Below are positions 30,783 to 41,406 of a DNA stretch of 64,000 nucleotides, one piece after another. Source of the stretch: Bacteroidales bacterium M7. GTDB taxonomy: Bacteria > Bacteroidota > Bacteroidia > Bacteroidales > Muribaculaceae. The position numbers were made by a program, and so were the translations under genes. Positions within the stretch are counted from its first letter, which is position 1; each line of letters begins with the position of its first letter. The stretch covers positions 83,544-147,543 of the forward strand of contig LUJR01000039.1 of assembly GCA_001689515.1 (NCBI GenBank), read 5' to 3'. The notes under the pieces are model-generated. The model did no database searches and was not told the DNA's origin. It worked only from the letters and a program-made list of their open reading frames with translations.

Positions 30783-30870
30783 TGTAGGGACATGCCGTGG
30801 CATGTCCGCTTTCAGCAGCAATTGCAAATGCAACGCCTGATGGGCGGGCATGCCACGGCATGTCCCTACA
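30783..30870. repeat. Second member of the GGGACATGCC-type palindromic repeat family
   Basis: tgtagggacatgccgtggcatg (30783-30804) is inverted at 30849-30870 (22 bp). Shares ggcatgtccctaca with 11023-11036. Confidence 0.8.
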
Positions 30871-31046
30871 AGAGTTACACAGTGTTTAGCATAGTAAATC
30901 GAGACAATCTCATCTCGTCAGCCACATGTCGCAAAATATTGACCAGTAGTAGGTCGCAACTCTACTATGCCTAAGATACTATATCTAATCCTCAGGATTC
31001 ACCAGCATCCGTGAAGCTATTACGCCAAATCCACTGGATTGATTAT

Positions 31047-32573
31047 TTACAGTCCCCTCTTGTCCTGCCACTTCGGCAAGGTGAAGATAAACTCCAGACC
31101 ACCTGTCGACTGGTTCCTGACTGAAATGGCACCACCAAGCACCATTATCACATTACGCACAATCGGCAGTCCGAGACCAGACCCACCCGCTTTGCGCGAC
31201 CGCCCCGTATCAACCCTGTAGAAACGCTCAAACAGATGCGGCAGACTTTCCTGAGGCACACCGGTGCCATTGTCCGAAAACGAGAAAGTATAGAATTTCG
31301 GACTCTCACTCAGCAATTTCAGTGACATCGCCGTGCCACGTGAGTGCATCACGGCATTGCGTATGAGATTGGTCAGTAAAGAGGTCAGCACATTGGTATT
31401 TCCCTTGACCTTGCATCCTAACGGGATGTCATATGTAAACTTCATGTTGCCGCCCGAATTTGACTGCTTGTAGTCGCTGTGGAGCTGGAACACCAGATCA
31501 TGGAAATCCACCTCCGACGAGGGTATCTTCTCCTGTCCTTCCTCCAGACGGGTCATAGTCGAGACATCGTTGAGCAAACCGCAAAGACGGTTGACATTAG
31601 CCTGAGCCCTCTCCAAAAATTTTGTTTTCGTCGGTTCGGGCATATCAGGCTCTGACAAGATCGTGTCAAGATAACCCTTTATGATTCCTATAGGAGTCTT
31701 AAGTTCGTGATTGATATTGTTGGTAAGCTGACTTTTGATACGGGCTTTCTCTTCGACGGCATGGAGCGCTATGTCATGCTCACGGCTTGACTCCGATACG
31801 GCTTCAAGACGTGACCGGTACAGACTTACTATCTGCCGGGATATGTCACCGAGTTCGTCATGAGGGAAGTCATATAGATGCTCTATCTCATTACCCGAGG
31901 CGGCACGGCTCGCAAAATCATGAAGCAACATGATATTCCGCGACAGCATGCGTGTCGCCAGATATACAAGCACCGTGCAGAAAACGCCCAGACACAGGAT
32001 GAAAATCCAAAGCCCGCTCGCCGATGAAATCGCATCCGCTATTGTCACATTATAAGGCATACCAGTGCGCACATACAGCATGCCGTCGCTGCTTTTGGTA
32101 GCCTTGTAATAAAACAGCTGGTTCTTCTTGTTATTGGCATCTGCATCTGGATCATACCCTAATTCCTGTTCATCCTCTCTTATCTCCGTAATGGGGTCTT
32201 CCCCATTGAATTCCTTGGGTATGGGACGTCCTATATAATAAAGGAGATCTCCAGTGGCGTTATAGATGCTGACACGTATCTCGTTAAACATGGTGTTCTC
32301 GAAATACTGGTCAAGAAAACCCATCATACGCTCCAGATCCGCTTCACGCTCGTAACTGTCAACGATGTAACGGTTGATGATACGAAGCTGCGAATTGATG
32401 TTTTCCGTATGATAGTTTACCTCCCTGTTGTATTGATACACCAATATCCCGGCCATGAGTAGCCATACCATGGCTACGGTCGGGATAAATATGCGCCACA
32501 TATATGACAGGCGCCTTTTTCCTGAACGTAATTTCAGTTTCTTGCCAAGCTTAGTCGGTCTCTTTGAATCCAT
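31047..32573 (-). CDS. Sensor histidine kinase (2 TM, HisKA + HATPase_c)
   Basis: H-box NHELKTPIGIIKGY, N-box LIRNAVMHS, and G-box GGSGLGLPIV. Confidence 0.9.
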   Translation of the reverse strand: MDSKRPTKLGKKLKLRSGKRRLSYMWRIFIPTVAMVWLLMAGILVYQYNREVNYHTENINSQLRIINRYIVDSYEREADLERMMGFLDQYFENTMFNEIRVSIYNATGDLLYYIGRPIPKEFNGEDPITEIREDEQELGYDPDADANNKKNQLFYYKATKSSDGMLYVRTGMPYNVTIADAISSASGLWIFILCLGVFCTVLVYLATRMLSRNIMLLHDFASRAASGNEIEHLYDFPHDELGDISRQIVSLYRSRLEAVSESSREHDIALHAVEEKARIKSQLTNNINHELKTPIGIIKGYLDTILSEPDMPEPTKTKFLERAQANVNRLCGLLNDVSTMTRLEEGQEKIPSSEVDFHDLVFQLHSDYKQSNSGGNMKFTYDIPLGCKVKGNTNVLTSLLTNLIRNAVMHSRGTAMSLKLLSESPKFYTFSFSDNGTGVPQESLPHLFERFYRVDTGRSRKAGGSGLGLPIVRNVIMVLGGAISVRNQSTGGLEFIFTLPKWQDKRGL

Positions 32574-33264
32574 AACCGAAGCCCATACGTGTGACGATGC
32601 TATTACCGTAGCGGCCTAACTTCTTACGGAGTCGTGCGATGTTGGTATCGATGGCTCTGGTAGTGACAATCACATCGTCAGGCCATATCTTCTTGATGAT
32701 TTCATCGCGCGAATATATGCGGTTACGATGCTGGAGGAAGAACGTGATCAGTTCAAGCTCGGTTTTGGTCAGATTGAGATCTTCGCCGTCAAGGGTGCAT
32801 ATCTTATCATCAAGATCCACAGTGATGCCTTCAAACGAAACAGTCTTTGCCGGTTGCTGGACCTCCCTTGATTTCTCTTTGGCGATATTCATAGCCATCG
32901 ACCGACGCAATACGGCACGCACTCGCGCTATGACCTCGGAAATCACAAACGGCTTGGTGATATAGTCATCACCACCGATATTAAGCCCCATCACTGTATC
33001 ATCCTCCCCGTTAAGAGCCGAGCAGAATATCAACGGCAGATTGGCAGTCTCGGGATTCTTCCTCACCGCTTTGGCAAAGTCATATCCGCTCAGACGTTCC
33101 ATCATTATATCCACGAGACATAGCGAATACTGGCGCAGATCAAGCTCTAAAGCCTCTTCTGCGCTGTATGCGCAATCCACTTCGTAGCCCTCTTTCTCGA
33201 GGTTGTATTTCAATATCTCACAGATGGGTTCTTCGTCATCGATGAGCAGTATTTTCACATTCAT
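32551..33264 (-). CDS. OmpR-family response regulator (RprY-like)
   Basis: Receiver domain with the expected Asp (LCLVDIMM) and a winged-helix C-terminus (IDTNIARLRKKL). Overlaps the kinase gene start. Confidence 0.9.
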   Translation of the reverse strand: MNVKILLIDDEEPICEILKYNLEKEGYEVDCAYSAEEALELDLRQYSLCLVDIMMERLSGYDFAKAVRKNPETANLPLIFCSALNGEDDTVMGLNIGGDDYITKPFVISEVIARVRAVLRRSMAMNIAKEKSREVQQPAKTVSFEGITVDLDDKICTLDGEDLNLTKTELELITFFLQHRNRIYSRDEIIKKIWPDDVIVTTRAIDTNIARLRKKLGRYGNSIVTRMGFGYGFKETD

Positions 33265-33304
33265 CTTATGTCAAGATATATTTTGGATGATTATCCGCAA
33301 CGAA

Positions 33305-33778
33305 TCACTTCACAGGCGTGGGATCCAGAGGCACCTGGCGTCTGAACACCTCCTTGAACGAGATGATGGTCTCGGTGCGCGCCAGACCTAACGGCTGGAA
33401 ATAGTGGTGGATCAGATAGAGCAAATGGTCATTGTTGTAAGCATAAAGCTTGATGAACAGGTCATACTTTCCTGTGGTGAAGTGGCACTCCACGACCTCG
33501 GGAATCTTTTTGAGTTCCTCAACCACCTCGTCAAATTTGCTGGGATCCTTAAGATACAGACCCACATAAGCACATGTCTCATATCCGAGCGATGACGGAT
33601 TAAGCACTGATTCAAAGCCTCTGATGACGCCAGCCGAAATCAGTTTCTGTATGCGCTGATGCACTGCAGCACCGCTGACATTGCTCTCGCGGGCGATTTC
33701 AAGAAACGGTTTGCGTGCATTGTCCGAAAGTGTCCGGAGTATGTTGCTGTCCAGAGTATCAAAGTTGGTTTTAGACAT
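33305..33778 (-). CDS. Lrp/AsnC family transcriptional regulator
   Basis: 157 aa starting at the ATG at 33778 (MSKTNFDTLDSNILRTL...). HTH plus an RAM-like domain. The track's 53-aa N-terminal extension is hydrophobic read-through of the promoter region. Confidence 0.88.
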   Translation of the reverse strand: MSKTNFDTLDSNILRTLSDNARKPFLEIARESNVSGAAVHQRIQKLISAGVIRGFESVLNPSSLGYETCAYVGLYLKDPSKFDEVVEELKKIPEVVECHFTTGKYDLFIKLYAYNNDHLLYLIHHYFQPLGLARTETIISFKEVFRRQVPLDPTPVK

Positions 33779-34005
33779 GGCTGTGTTATTTTGCTGGTTA
33801 AGTATGATATATAATGCGATAATGTTGTTAAGCATCACAAATATAGTTATAAGTTTAAAATCACGCAAAAAAAGAAAAAAGATTTCAAACAAAACATCTA
33901 ATTTTGGGGTTAAAAATATAACTAAATTGACCGGCATCTATCAACTGATGCCGATTATTTAAGATCAAAGGTAAAAGATATTACAAATTCATCCCATAGT
34001 GCAAG

Positions 34006-37000
34006 GTGGCAAAAGTCGCAGCATCCAAAATAATTAAAATCTCCGCCTGGGTAATCGGTATAATCATAGGGTTACCCCTCATCGTAGCCGTAATGCTATA
34101 TATACCTCCGGTGCAAAACTGGGCAGTGGATTTCGCATGCCGTCAGATTGGCAAATCCACCGGCATGACTATCGACATAGGTTATCTAAGACTCAAATTC
34201 CCGCTAAAACTATCAGTTGACGATGTACTCGTCATTGAGAGCAATGGAGATACCATGGCTACTGCCGGCAATGCAGAGCTTCGTGTAGCGATGCTGCCGC
34301 TACTCCGGGGCGACATCGCTCTTGAAGGCTTCTCGGCGAAATCGGTCTTTTATCAGCTCGGCAACTCCGACAGCATAATGTGGCTCAGAGCCAATATCGA
34401 CAAGGCGGATATAGACAACGGCAACATGAACTTCAGCCGTGGTTCCATAGATGTCGGAAATGCTCTTGTAGATGGCGGTCGTGTCACACTCATAATGAAG
34501 GACTCAACGGATGTCACGCCTAAAGACACGACAGCCATGCAACCCCTGACCATACGTGCCACACAGATCCGTCTCGCCAACATAGACTATCGGATGTGCA
34601 TGCCGCCTACGATTGACACCCTCTCTGCCCATATCGGTGATGCGACATTGAAATCAGGATTGGTGGATATCGCCAACCGCCGCATCAAAGCCGCAATGCT
34701 GTCAGTCAGCGGTGTCAACGCCATGTATCTTACAGCTCCTGCATCATCTAATGACACCATCAGTAGTACACCAACTGATTCAATCCCACTATCAGATGAT
34801 GAAATGTGGACAATAACCGCTGATTCCGTGCGGCTTCAAGCCGATAATGCACTTTATGCGACCACTGGCTCACATCCTATGCCAGGCCTTGACTTCAACT
34901 ATCTCCAGGCAAAGGATATTGAAATCGCTGTAGCGGATTTCTATAACAAAGGGACTTCAATACGGGTACCATTGACAACCCTACGCGCCACAGAACGATG
35001 CGGGCTTGAACTACGAGCCTCTGGCACATTCGCCATGGACGGCAAAACCATGGAGGCATCAGATTTCCACATAGCCACCCAACGCTCCGACATCAGACTT
35101 GATGCCCGTATGGGCATAGGAGACATGACTTCAGACCCCGATCTGCCCCTGGGCGTCAAACTTAAAGGTATATTATCGGCTAATGATGCCTCAATGGCAT
35201 TCCCGATATACGCACCGATGATAAAGGCTCTGCCCCAGCCTCGTGACATAAATATAAGAGTGGATGCTGACGGATCTCCGGCACGCATGAAAGTCAAAGA
35301 GGTGAAAATCCAATTGCCTCGTGTGCTTAACCTTGCAGGTAACGGCGAAGTCAAAAACATCACCGACTTTAACCGCATGGGTGGCAAAATCAATTTCGAG
35401 GGAGCTGTCACAGACCCTAAAGCCGTGAAGGCAACACTCGCCGCTCTTAAGATGGACTCCACCATAACCATCCCTGCGCTTAAGCTCAAAGGCTCAGCCG
35501 ACTACAATCCAGGCAATATCTCAGGCAATCTCAATCTGACCACGGGCTCAGGAAAATTACTTGCTGACGGACGCTGGGTAGCTCGTAAGGAAGCATACAA
35601 AGCAGACATAGATCTCACCTCATTTCCTGTGGATGCATTCATGCCCTCCTTGGGTATAGGCGACATATCCGCCACCGTACATCTGGATGGTGCTGGCTAC
35701 AACCCCATGTCACCAAAAACTTCGCTCGCTGCCGATATCATGGTGGATAAAGTCATATATAACGGCAAGCCGTACACCAATGCCCATCTGAAGGCTGATG
35801 CCAAGAATGGAGATATGAACGCATTCCTGCAGTCAGCTAATCCCGACGCGAATCTTGACCTGAGTGCACACGCCCGCATAGATTCAGGCATCATAAAGGG
35901 CTCGCTCAACGGAGAGATACGTGACCTTGACCTGCATGCTCTCGGTCTGATGTCAACGCCATGCCGCGGCCACATAGATATCGCAGGCAAGGGTCAGTAC
36001 AATCCACGCGCCGAAAGCATCATAGCGGATGTCAACATCTCCGATTTTGACTGGCTGATGGATACGACACGCTACTACACGCCATCATTGACACTGCATG
36101 CATCAGCTGACAAACAGCTGACCACCCTCGATGTGGTGACCGAGGACCTCGTGCTCCGCAGTGCGATAAAGGAGCGGTGGGACAGCATCATGCCGGCAAT
36201 CGACCGCATCACCAAAGTCATAGACAGCCAGATCAAAGCCAAACGCTCCGACGTGTTGCAACTACAGCGCGCCATACCGCCATTAGACATAGACCTGTCT
36301 ATGGGATCTGACAACATAGCCGGAAGAGTCCTCGCCCAGAGCGGCATCACATTGGGCAATATGAACATGACCATGCGCAATGATTCGCTACTGCATCTCA
36401 ACGGTGCGGTCAGCCGCCTCGCCATGGGCACTAATGTCATCGATTCCATAGCCCTGCATGTCAACCAGCACAACAAATATCTCGTCTACAACGCAAAGAT
36501 GAACAACGGACCCGGTCCGTTGGCAGAATGGGCTGATGTGACAGTCAACGGTTTCCTCGCCGACGACAAACTCGCACTGTTTGCCGACCAGCACAATCTC
36601 CAAGGCAAGCAGGGCTATCGTCTCGGTGTCGTATCCACTATGGCAGACTCGGTCCTCACGTTGAAATTCGTCCCCAAAGCCCCTGTAATCGCTTATAAGA
36701 ACTGGACGCTCAACACCGACAACTTCCTCTCATATAATTTCTATACCAAGCAGATAGAGGCAGACCTCCTGCTGCAAAATCTGCCAAGCTCCCTTCATAT
36801 CTTCACACGACCTGTACCCAATCCCGAAGAAGGTTCATCCCCAAAAGAGCTCGTCCTCTCCGCCAAGGAAATAAAGATAGAGGACTGGATAGGAATCTCG
36901 CCGTTTGCTCCGCCGATGTCGGGCACAGCCTCTGCCAATCTTAAGATACATCGTGTCAACAATGAACTTGTAGGTACTCTCGTCGTAGGACTTGACGACT

Positions 37001-38775
37001 TCATGTATGACCGCCAGAAGGTGGGCAAGTTCGGACTGGCGCTCAAGGTCGCCAACAATCCCAAGAGTAAATCGCTCTGGGCTGACGGCATAGTCTGGGT
37101 CAACGACAAAAAGACCATCACTCTCAACGGTGCCCTCAATGACAGCACACGCACAAGCCCATTCATGCTTGACATGTCTATGATACAATTCCCTCTCAGC
37201 GTGGCAAATCCGTTCCTCCCCGCCGGCACTGCAAAACTTGAGGGCAATCTCAACGGCACCATGAAACTGACAGGATCTCCAGCCAAACCCGTCATGGACG
37301 GATATCTGCAATTTGACAGTGCCGCAGTCAAAGTCAACATGATAGGCTCGACATACCGCTTCTCCGAGGTAAAAATCCCGGTGGACAGCAACATCGTACG
37401 ATTTAACAATTTCGCTATAAATACGCTCAACGACAATCCGCTGACCATCAACGGCATCGCCGACATCAATGACCTTGCCGACGTGCGCATGAACCTTCAT
37501 CTTGAAGGCAACGACATGCTGATGGTCAACAGCAACCGTCCCAGAGGTGCCGATATCTACGGCAAAGGTTACATTGGCATAAATGCCGATGTCAAGGGCT
37601 CGATGTCTAACCTCTACTGCAATGCCGATGTCGCTCTGCTGTCAGGGTCGGATGTGACTTACGTGATGACCTCCTCTCAGTCGGCACTGACCACACAGAG
37701 CACAGGCGACATGGTTTCGTTCGTCAACTTCTCCGACACCACCCAAGTAGCTGACGATTCGAAACAGGCTCCTACGAGCAGCATGACATTGGCTGCAACA
37801 CTCCGAGTGATGCCTAACACCACTATTAATGTAGACATCTCGACCGACGGCAAAAACCATGCTTCCATCAGCGGGCAAGGAGAGTTGACCTACACCATGT
37901 CACCTCAGAATTCCGGACGACTCATCGGCCGCTACACCATCAATGAAGGTGAAGTCCAGTACACGCCGCCTCTGATGTCTGAAAAGGATTTCAAATTCAA
38001 AGACGGAAGTTTTGTCAACTTTACAGGCGACATGATGAATCCCGGCTTCAACATATCGGCTACCGACCGAATGAAAGCCAATGTCACTCCCGATGGCGGC
38101 AACTCGCGCCTTGTATACTTCGATGTGACAATCAATGTTACAGGCACGCTTGAAAACATGAAGGTGGTATTTGATCTCGCATGTGACGATGACATCACCA
38201 TACAAAATGAACTGTCATCCATGTCGCCCGAACAGCGAGCTAACCAGGCGATGAACCTGCTCCTGTATGGTGTCTACACCGGACCAGGCACAAAGGCAAA
38301 TGCCGGGCTCAGCGGCAACCCGCTCTATTCGTTCCTGGCATCGCAGCTCAACACCCTTGCCTCGAATGTCAAGTTTGTCGACATCAGTTTCGGCATCGAC
38401 CAGTATAACTCCACCGTGCAGGGCAACACCTCCACTGCCACCAACTATAGCTACCAGATATCCAAAAATCTGCTCAATAACCGCATACGCATCGTTGTAG
38501 GCGGCAGCTATACCACCGACCCGCAGGCTGATGAAAACTTTGCCGAAAACCTCGTCAACAACATCTCGTTTGAATATCTCCTCAACCGTTCGGGATCGAT
38601 GTACATCAAGCTCTTCCGCCACACAGGTTACGAAATCATCGAGGGCGAGATAATATCCACCGGTGTAGGCTTCGTCTACAAGCGTAATCTCAACTCGCTC
38701 CGTGACATGTTCAAGTTCCGCAAACCCAAGGAACAAAATCTTTCTCTCCCTGCGACATCCGACAGCACTAATTAA
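34006..38775 (+). CDS. tamB: Translocation and assembly module protein TamB
   Basis: 1589 aa with an N-terminal TM anchor, a long beta-rich body, and a DUF490-like C-terminus. Immediately upstream of a TamA/BamA-family gene. GTG start is uncertain. Confidence 0.85.
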   Translation: MAKVAASKIIKISAWVIGIIIGLPLIVAVMLYIPPVQNWAVDFACRQIGKSTGMTIDIGYLRLKFPLKLSVDDVLVIESNGDTMATAGNAELRVAMLPLLRGDIALEGFSAKSVFYQLGNSDSIMWLRANIDKADIDNGNMNFSRGSIDVGNALVDGGRVTLIMKDSTDVTPKDTTAMQPLTIRATQIRLANIDYRMCMPPTIDTLSAHIGDATLKSGLVDIANRRIKAAMLSVSGVNAMYLTAPASSNDTISSTPTDSIPLSDDEMWTITADSVRLQADNALYATTGSHPMPGLDFNYLQAKDIEIAVADFYNKGTSIRVPLTTLRATERCGLELRASGTFAMDGKTMEASDFHIATQRSDIRLDARMGIGDMTSDPDLPLGVKLKGILSANDASMAFPIYAPMIKALPQPRDINIRVDADGSPARMKVKEVKIQLPRVLNLAGNGEVKNITDFNRMGGKINFEGAVTDPKAVKATLAALKMDSTITIPALKLKGSADYNPGNISGNLNLTTGSGKLLADGRWVARKEAYKADIDLTSFPVDAFMPSLGIGDISATVHLDGAGYNPMSPKTSLAADIMVDKVIYNGKPYTNAHLKADAKNGDMNAFLQSANPDANLDLSAHARIDSGIIKGSLNGEIRDLDLHALGLMSTPCRGHIDIAGKGQYNPRAESIIADVNISDFDWLMDTTRYYTPSLTLHASADKQLTTLDVVTEDLVLRSAIKERWDSIMPAIDRITKVIDSQIKAKRSDVLQLQRAIPPLDIDLSMGSDNIAGRVLAQSGITLGNMNMTMRNDSLLHLNGAVSRLAMGTNVIDSIALHVNQHNKYLVYNAKMNNGPGPLAEWADVTVNGFLADDKLALFADQHNLQGKQGYRLGVVSTMADSVLTLKFVPKAPVIAYKNWTLNTDNFLSYNFYTKQIEADLLLQNLPSSLHIFTRPVPNPEEGSSPKELVLSAKEIKIEDWIGISPFAPPMSGTASANLKIHRVNNELVGTLVVGLDDFMYDRQKVGKFGLALKVANNPKSKSLWADGIVWVNDKKTITLNGALNDSTRTSPFMLDMSMIQFPLSVANPFLPAGTAKLEGNLNGTMKLTGSPAKPVMDGYLQFDSAAVKVNMIGSTYRFSEVKIPVDSNIVRFNNFAINTLNDNPLTINGIADINDLADVRMNLHLEGNDMLMVNSNRPRGADIYGKGYIGINADVKGSMSNLYCNADVALLSGSDVTYVMTSSQSALTTQSTGDMVSFVNFSDTTQVADDSKQAPTSSMTLAATLRVMPNTTINVDISTDGKNHASISGQGELTYTMSPQNSGRLIGRYTINEGEVQYTPPLMSEKDFKFKDGSFVNFTGDMMNPGFNISATDRMKANVTPDGGNSRLVYFDVTINVTGTLENMKVVFDLACDDDITIQNELSSMSPEQRANQAMNLLLYGVYTGPGTKANAGLSGNPLYSFLASQLNTLASNVKFVDISFGIDQYNSTVQGNTSTATNYSYQISKNLLNNRIRIVVGGSYTTDPQADENFAENLVNNISFEYLLNRSGSMYIKLFRHTGYEIIEGEIISTGVGFVYKRNLNSLRDMFKFRKPKEQNLSLPATSDSTN

Positions 38776-38786
38776 CACACCGACGC

Positions 38787-41090
38787 ATGAAACGATATTC
38801 TTCGATATATATCATACTGGCGTTGCTCACAGCCGTCATGACCCTTTCGTCAGGATGCTCCACCACAAGCCGTCTGCAAGAGGGAGAGATACTCTACACC
38901 GGTGCCAAACCGCTGAAAATCCAGACACCCGAAGGCGTCAAGGAAGCCCCTGGACTCAACAGCCAGGTCAAGACTGCCATCAATGTGCCACCAAACAACT
39001 GCCTCATTTCCCCCTATTACCGCTATCCCTTCCCTATCGGACTGTGGGTCTATAACCACTGGAACGAACCCAAAGGAGGTCTCGGCAAATGGATTTACGA
39101 GAAGCTGGTGCAGCAGCCCGTACTCATCAGCGATGTCCGCCCCGAAGTGCGCACCAAGATGATTGACGAGATTCTTGACAACAACGGCTACTTCCAGGGC
39201 ACATCGTCATACGAACTCGTACAGGGTAAAAACAAGAAGAAAGCCTCCATACGCTATAACATATCCACCGGTCCGGTGTATAAGATGGATTCCATAATCC
39301 TGCTGCCTGACACCTGCCACCTCAATCACATGATTGATTCCATAGCCCTCCGCAGCACATACCTCAAAGCCGGACAACGCTACTGCACCGACTCGCTTGC
39401 CACCGAACGGGTGCGCATCACCAATTCGCTCCGTAACCGCGGCTACTACTTCTTCAAACCTGAATACATAAAGTATCTCGCCGACAGCACCATGACACGT
39501 GGCTCCATAGCCATGAAGATGATACTTGACTCCAACATACCCGATTATGCGCTGCAGCGGTATGTGACCGGCAAAATCCAGACCGTGGTCAACCGTCATC
39601 TCGGCGGTGGAACTCCCGACACCACATACACCAATCGCGGAATGCTCATACAGATGCAGCCATCCAAACTGCGCAAGCAGATTATACCTGAAAACGTCAC
39701 TTTCCGTCCGGGTAAAATGTTTAGCGTCCGTGACATGAACCGCACGCAGACCTATCTGTCTCGCCTCGGCATTTTCAACGCCATCGACATCGAAGCGGTC
39801 AGAGATACCACCGCATCAGTCCCGACGCTTGACGTGTATATCGGCTGTACGTTCGATACCCCGTGGCAAGCCAACTTCGAGGTCAACGTCACATCTAAAT
39901 CCAACAGCTACCTCGGTCCGGGCGCAAGCATCGGCGTGACCAACCGCAACCTCTGGGGCGGCGGCGAGCAGCTCAACATACAGCTACGCGGCACCTACGA
40001 GTGGGAGACGGGCAAGAGCAAAAACCGTTCGGTGTTCAACTCCTACGAAGTCGGGCTCACCTCATCGCTCGCATTCCCACGCCTGATAGCCCCGAGATTC
40101 ATCCCGCGCCGCCGCCACTCCATGAACTGGACGCGCATCACCCTCTCGGGCAGCTTCCTCAACCGCCCCCACTACTTCATGCTCGGACAGCTCGACGGAG
40201 CTTTCAGCTATGACTGGCAGTCGTCACGCCACGTCAGCCACACGCTCAACCTCTTCAAGCTGACCTATACCAACCTGCTCCGCTCCACTCATGAGTTCGA
40301 CTCAATCATGGCGCAGAATCCGGCTATAGCCCTCAGTTTCCAGAGCCAGTTTATCCCACAGATTTCCTACACATATAATTATAGCCGCAATTTCAGCAAC
40401 CGCAACACTGTTGACTTCACATTTACAGTGCAGGAAGCCGGCAACATCATGTGGGGACTGTGGAAAGCATTCGGCAGCAAGACCGGCGAGATGAAACTGC
40501 TCAACACCCCCTTCAGCCAGTTTGTCAAAGGCTCTACCCAGCTCGTCTACGGACACCGTCTCGGTCTCCGCGACATATGGCTCGTATCACGCATAGGCAT
40601 CGGAGCCGAACATGCCTACGGCAACTCAGCCGTAGTGCCCTACAGCGAGCAGTTCTATATCGGCGGAGCCAACTCCATACGCGCTTTCACCGTCCGCAGC
40701 CTCGGTCCTGGCAGCTACCGTCCGCCCGAAGCCGAGACCAACGGCTACTTTGACCAGACAGGTACCTTCAAGCTCGAGCTCAACACCGAACTGCGTTTCC
40801 CCATCATCGGTCCGCTCCATGGCGCACTCTTCCTCGATGCCGGTAACATCTGGCTGCTCAAAGACGATCCCGACCGCCCCGGCGGCACATTGAAAGCCTC
40901 CACCTTCCTCAACGACATAGCACTCGGCACAGGCGTAGGACTCCGCTTTGATCTCGGCATGATGGTCATCCGCGGCGACCTCGGCTACGCCCTCCACGCC
41001 CCCTACGACACCGGCAAGCGCGGCTACTTCAACATGCCCTCCTTCGGCAAATCCCTCGCCTTCCACCTCGCCATCGGCTACCCCTTCTAA
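38787..41090 (+). CDS. BamA/TamA family outer-membrane protein (Omp85 superfamily)
   Basis: 767 aa with a lipoprotein-like signal (LSSGCS). C-terminal surface-antigen beta-barrel motifs (GGANSIRAF, final F). Confidence 0.85.
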   Translation: MKRYSSIYIILALLTAVMTLSSGCSTTSRLQEGEILYTGAKPLKIQTPEGVKEAPGLNSQVKTAINVPPNNCLISPYYRYPFPIGLWVYNHWNEPKGGLGKWIYEKLVQQPVLISDVRPEVRTKMIDEILDNNGYFQGTSSYELVQGKNKKKASIRYNISTGPVYKMDSIILLPDTCHLNHMIDSIALRSTYLKAGQRYCTDSLATERVRITNSLRNRGYYFFKPEYIKYLADSTMTRGSIAMKMILDSNIPDYALQRYVTGKIQTVVNRHLGGGTPDTTYTNRGMLIQMQPSKLRKQIIPENVTFRPGKMFSVRDMNRTQTYLSRLGIFNAIDIEAVRDTTASVPTLDVYIGCTFDTPWQANFEVNVTSKSNSYLGPGASIGVTNRNLWGGGEQLNIQLRGTYEWETGKSKNRSVFNSYEVGLTSSLAFPRLIAPRFIPRRRHSMNWTRITLSGSFLNRPHYFMLGQLDGAFSYDWQSSRHVSHTLNLFKLTYTNLLRSTHEFDSIMAQNPAIALSFQSQFIPQISYTYNYSRNFSNRNTVDFTFTVQEAGNIMWGLWKAFGSKTGEMKLLNTPFSQFVKGSTQLVYGHRLGLRDIWLVSRIGIGAEHAYGNSAVVPYSEQFYIGGANSIRAFTVRSLGPGSYRPPEAETNGYFDQTGTFKLELNTELRFPIIGPLHGALFLDAGNIWLLKDDPDRPGGTLKASTFLNDIALGTGVGLRFDLGMMVIRGDLGYALHAPYDTGKRGYFNMPSFGKSLAFHLAIGYPF

Positions 41091-41179
41091 CCTCCCCGAC
41101 TGAAGGTCTGCCTAATAATAATAGTCATCGCCATTGACTACCTATTCCAATTGCTTATATATAAAATCAATTCATACGT

Positions 41180-41221
41180 AGTGATAATATCCGAACAGAT
41201 TCGGATATTATCACTATTTTT
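41180..41221 (+). terminator. Intrinsic terminator of the tamB-tamA operon
   Basis: Perfect 16-bp stem agtgataatatccgaa / ttcggatattatcact, a 4-nt loop, and a T-run at 41217-41221. Confidence 0.8.
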
Positions 41222-41331
41222 GTAAAAATAAAACCGAAACCACAATCATATATACAACCGTCAACCATACACACAAGGGTAAACAGGAATCATTTTGAAG
41301 CAAAATATTTCATCATACGGCAAAGATTTTG

Positions 41332-41339
41332 TACATTTG
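41332..41339 (+). promoter_or_regulatory. Candidate -7 box (TACATTTG) for mutAB
   Basis: Matches TAnnTTTG 68 nt upstream of the ATG at 41407. Confidence 0.45.
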
Positions 41340-41406
41340 CTTCGTAAAAAACCGCCTTATAAGCTATTACAAGGTTCACAACGCATTTTATCAATTAACA
41401 CACACC

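Noticed and set aside
33779-33937. N-terminal extensions offered by the ORF track: Lrp/AsnC 33937, mutA 41329, DPP-IV 17628, acyltransferase 45503, mod 5937, TMP 61810, GY-repeat protein 62497, TM protein 63969.
   Set aside because: Each extension starts at a GTG or TTG, or adds hydrophobic or odd sequence upstream of a Met that begins the recognisable conserved N-terminus or signal peptide. Several extensions would also place hairpins or promoter boxes inside the coding sequence.
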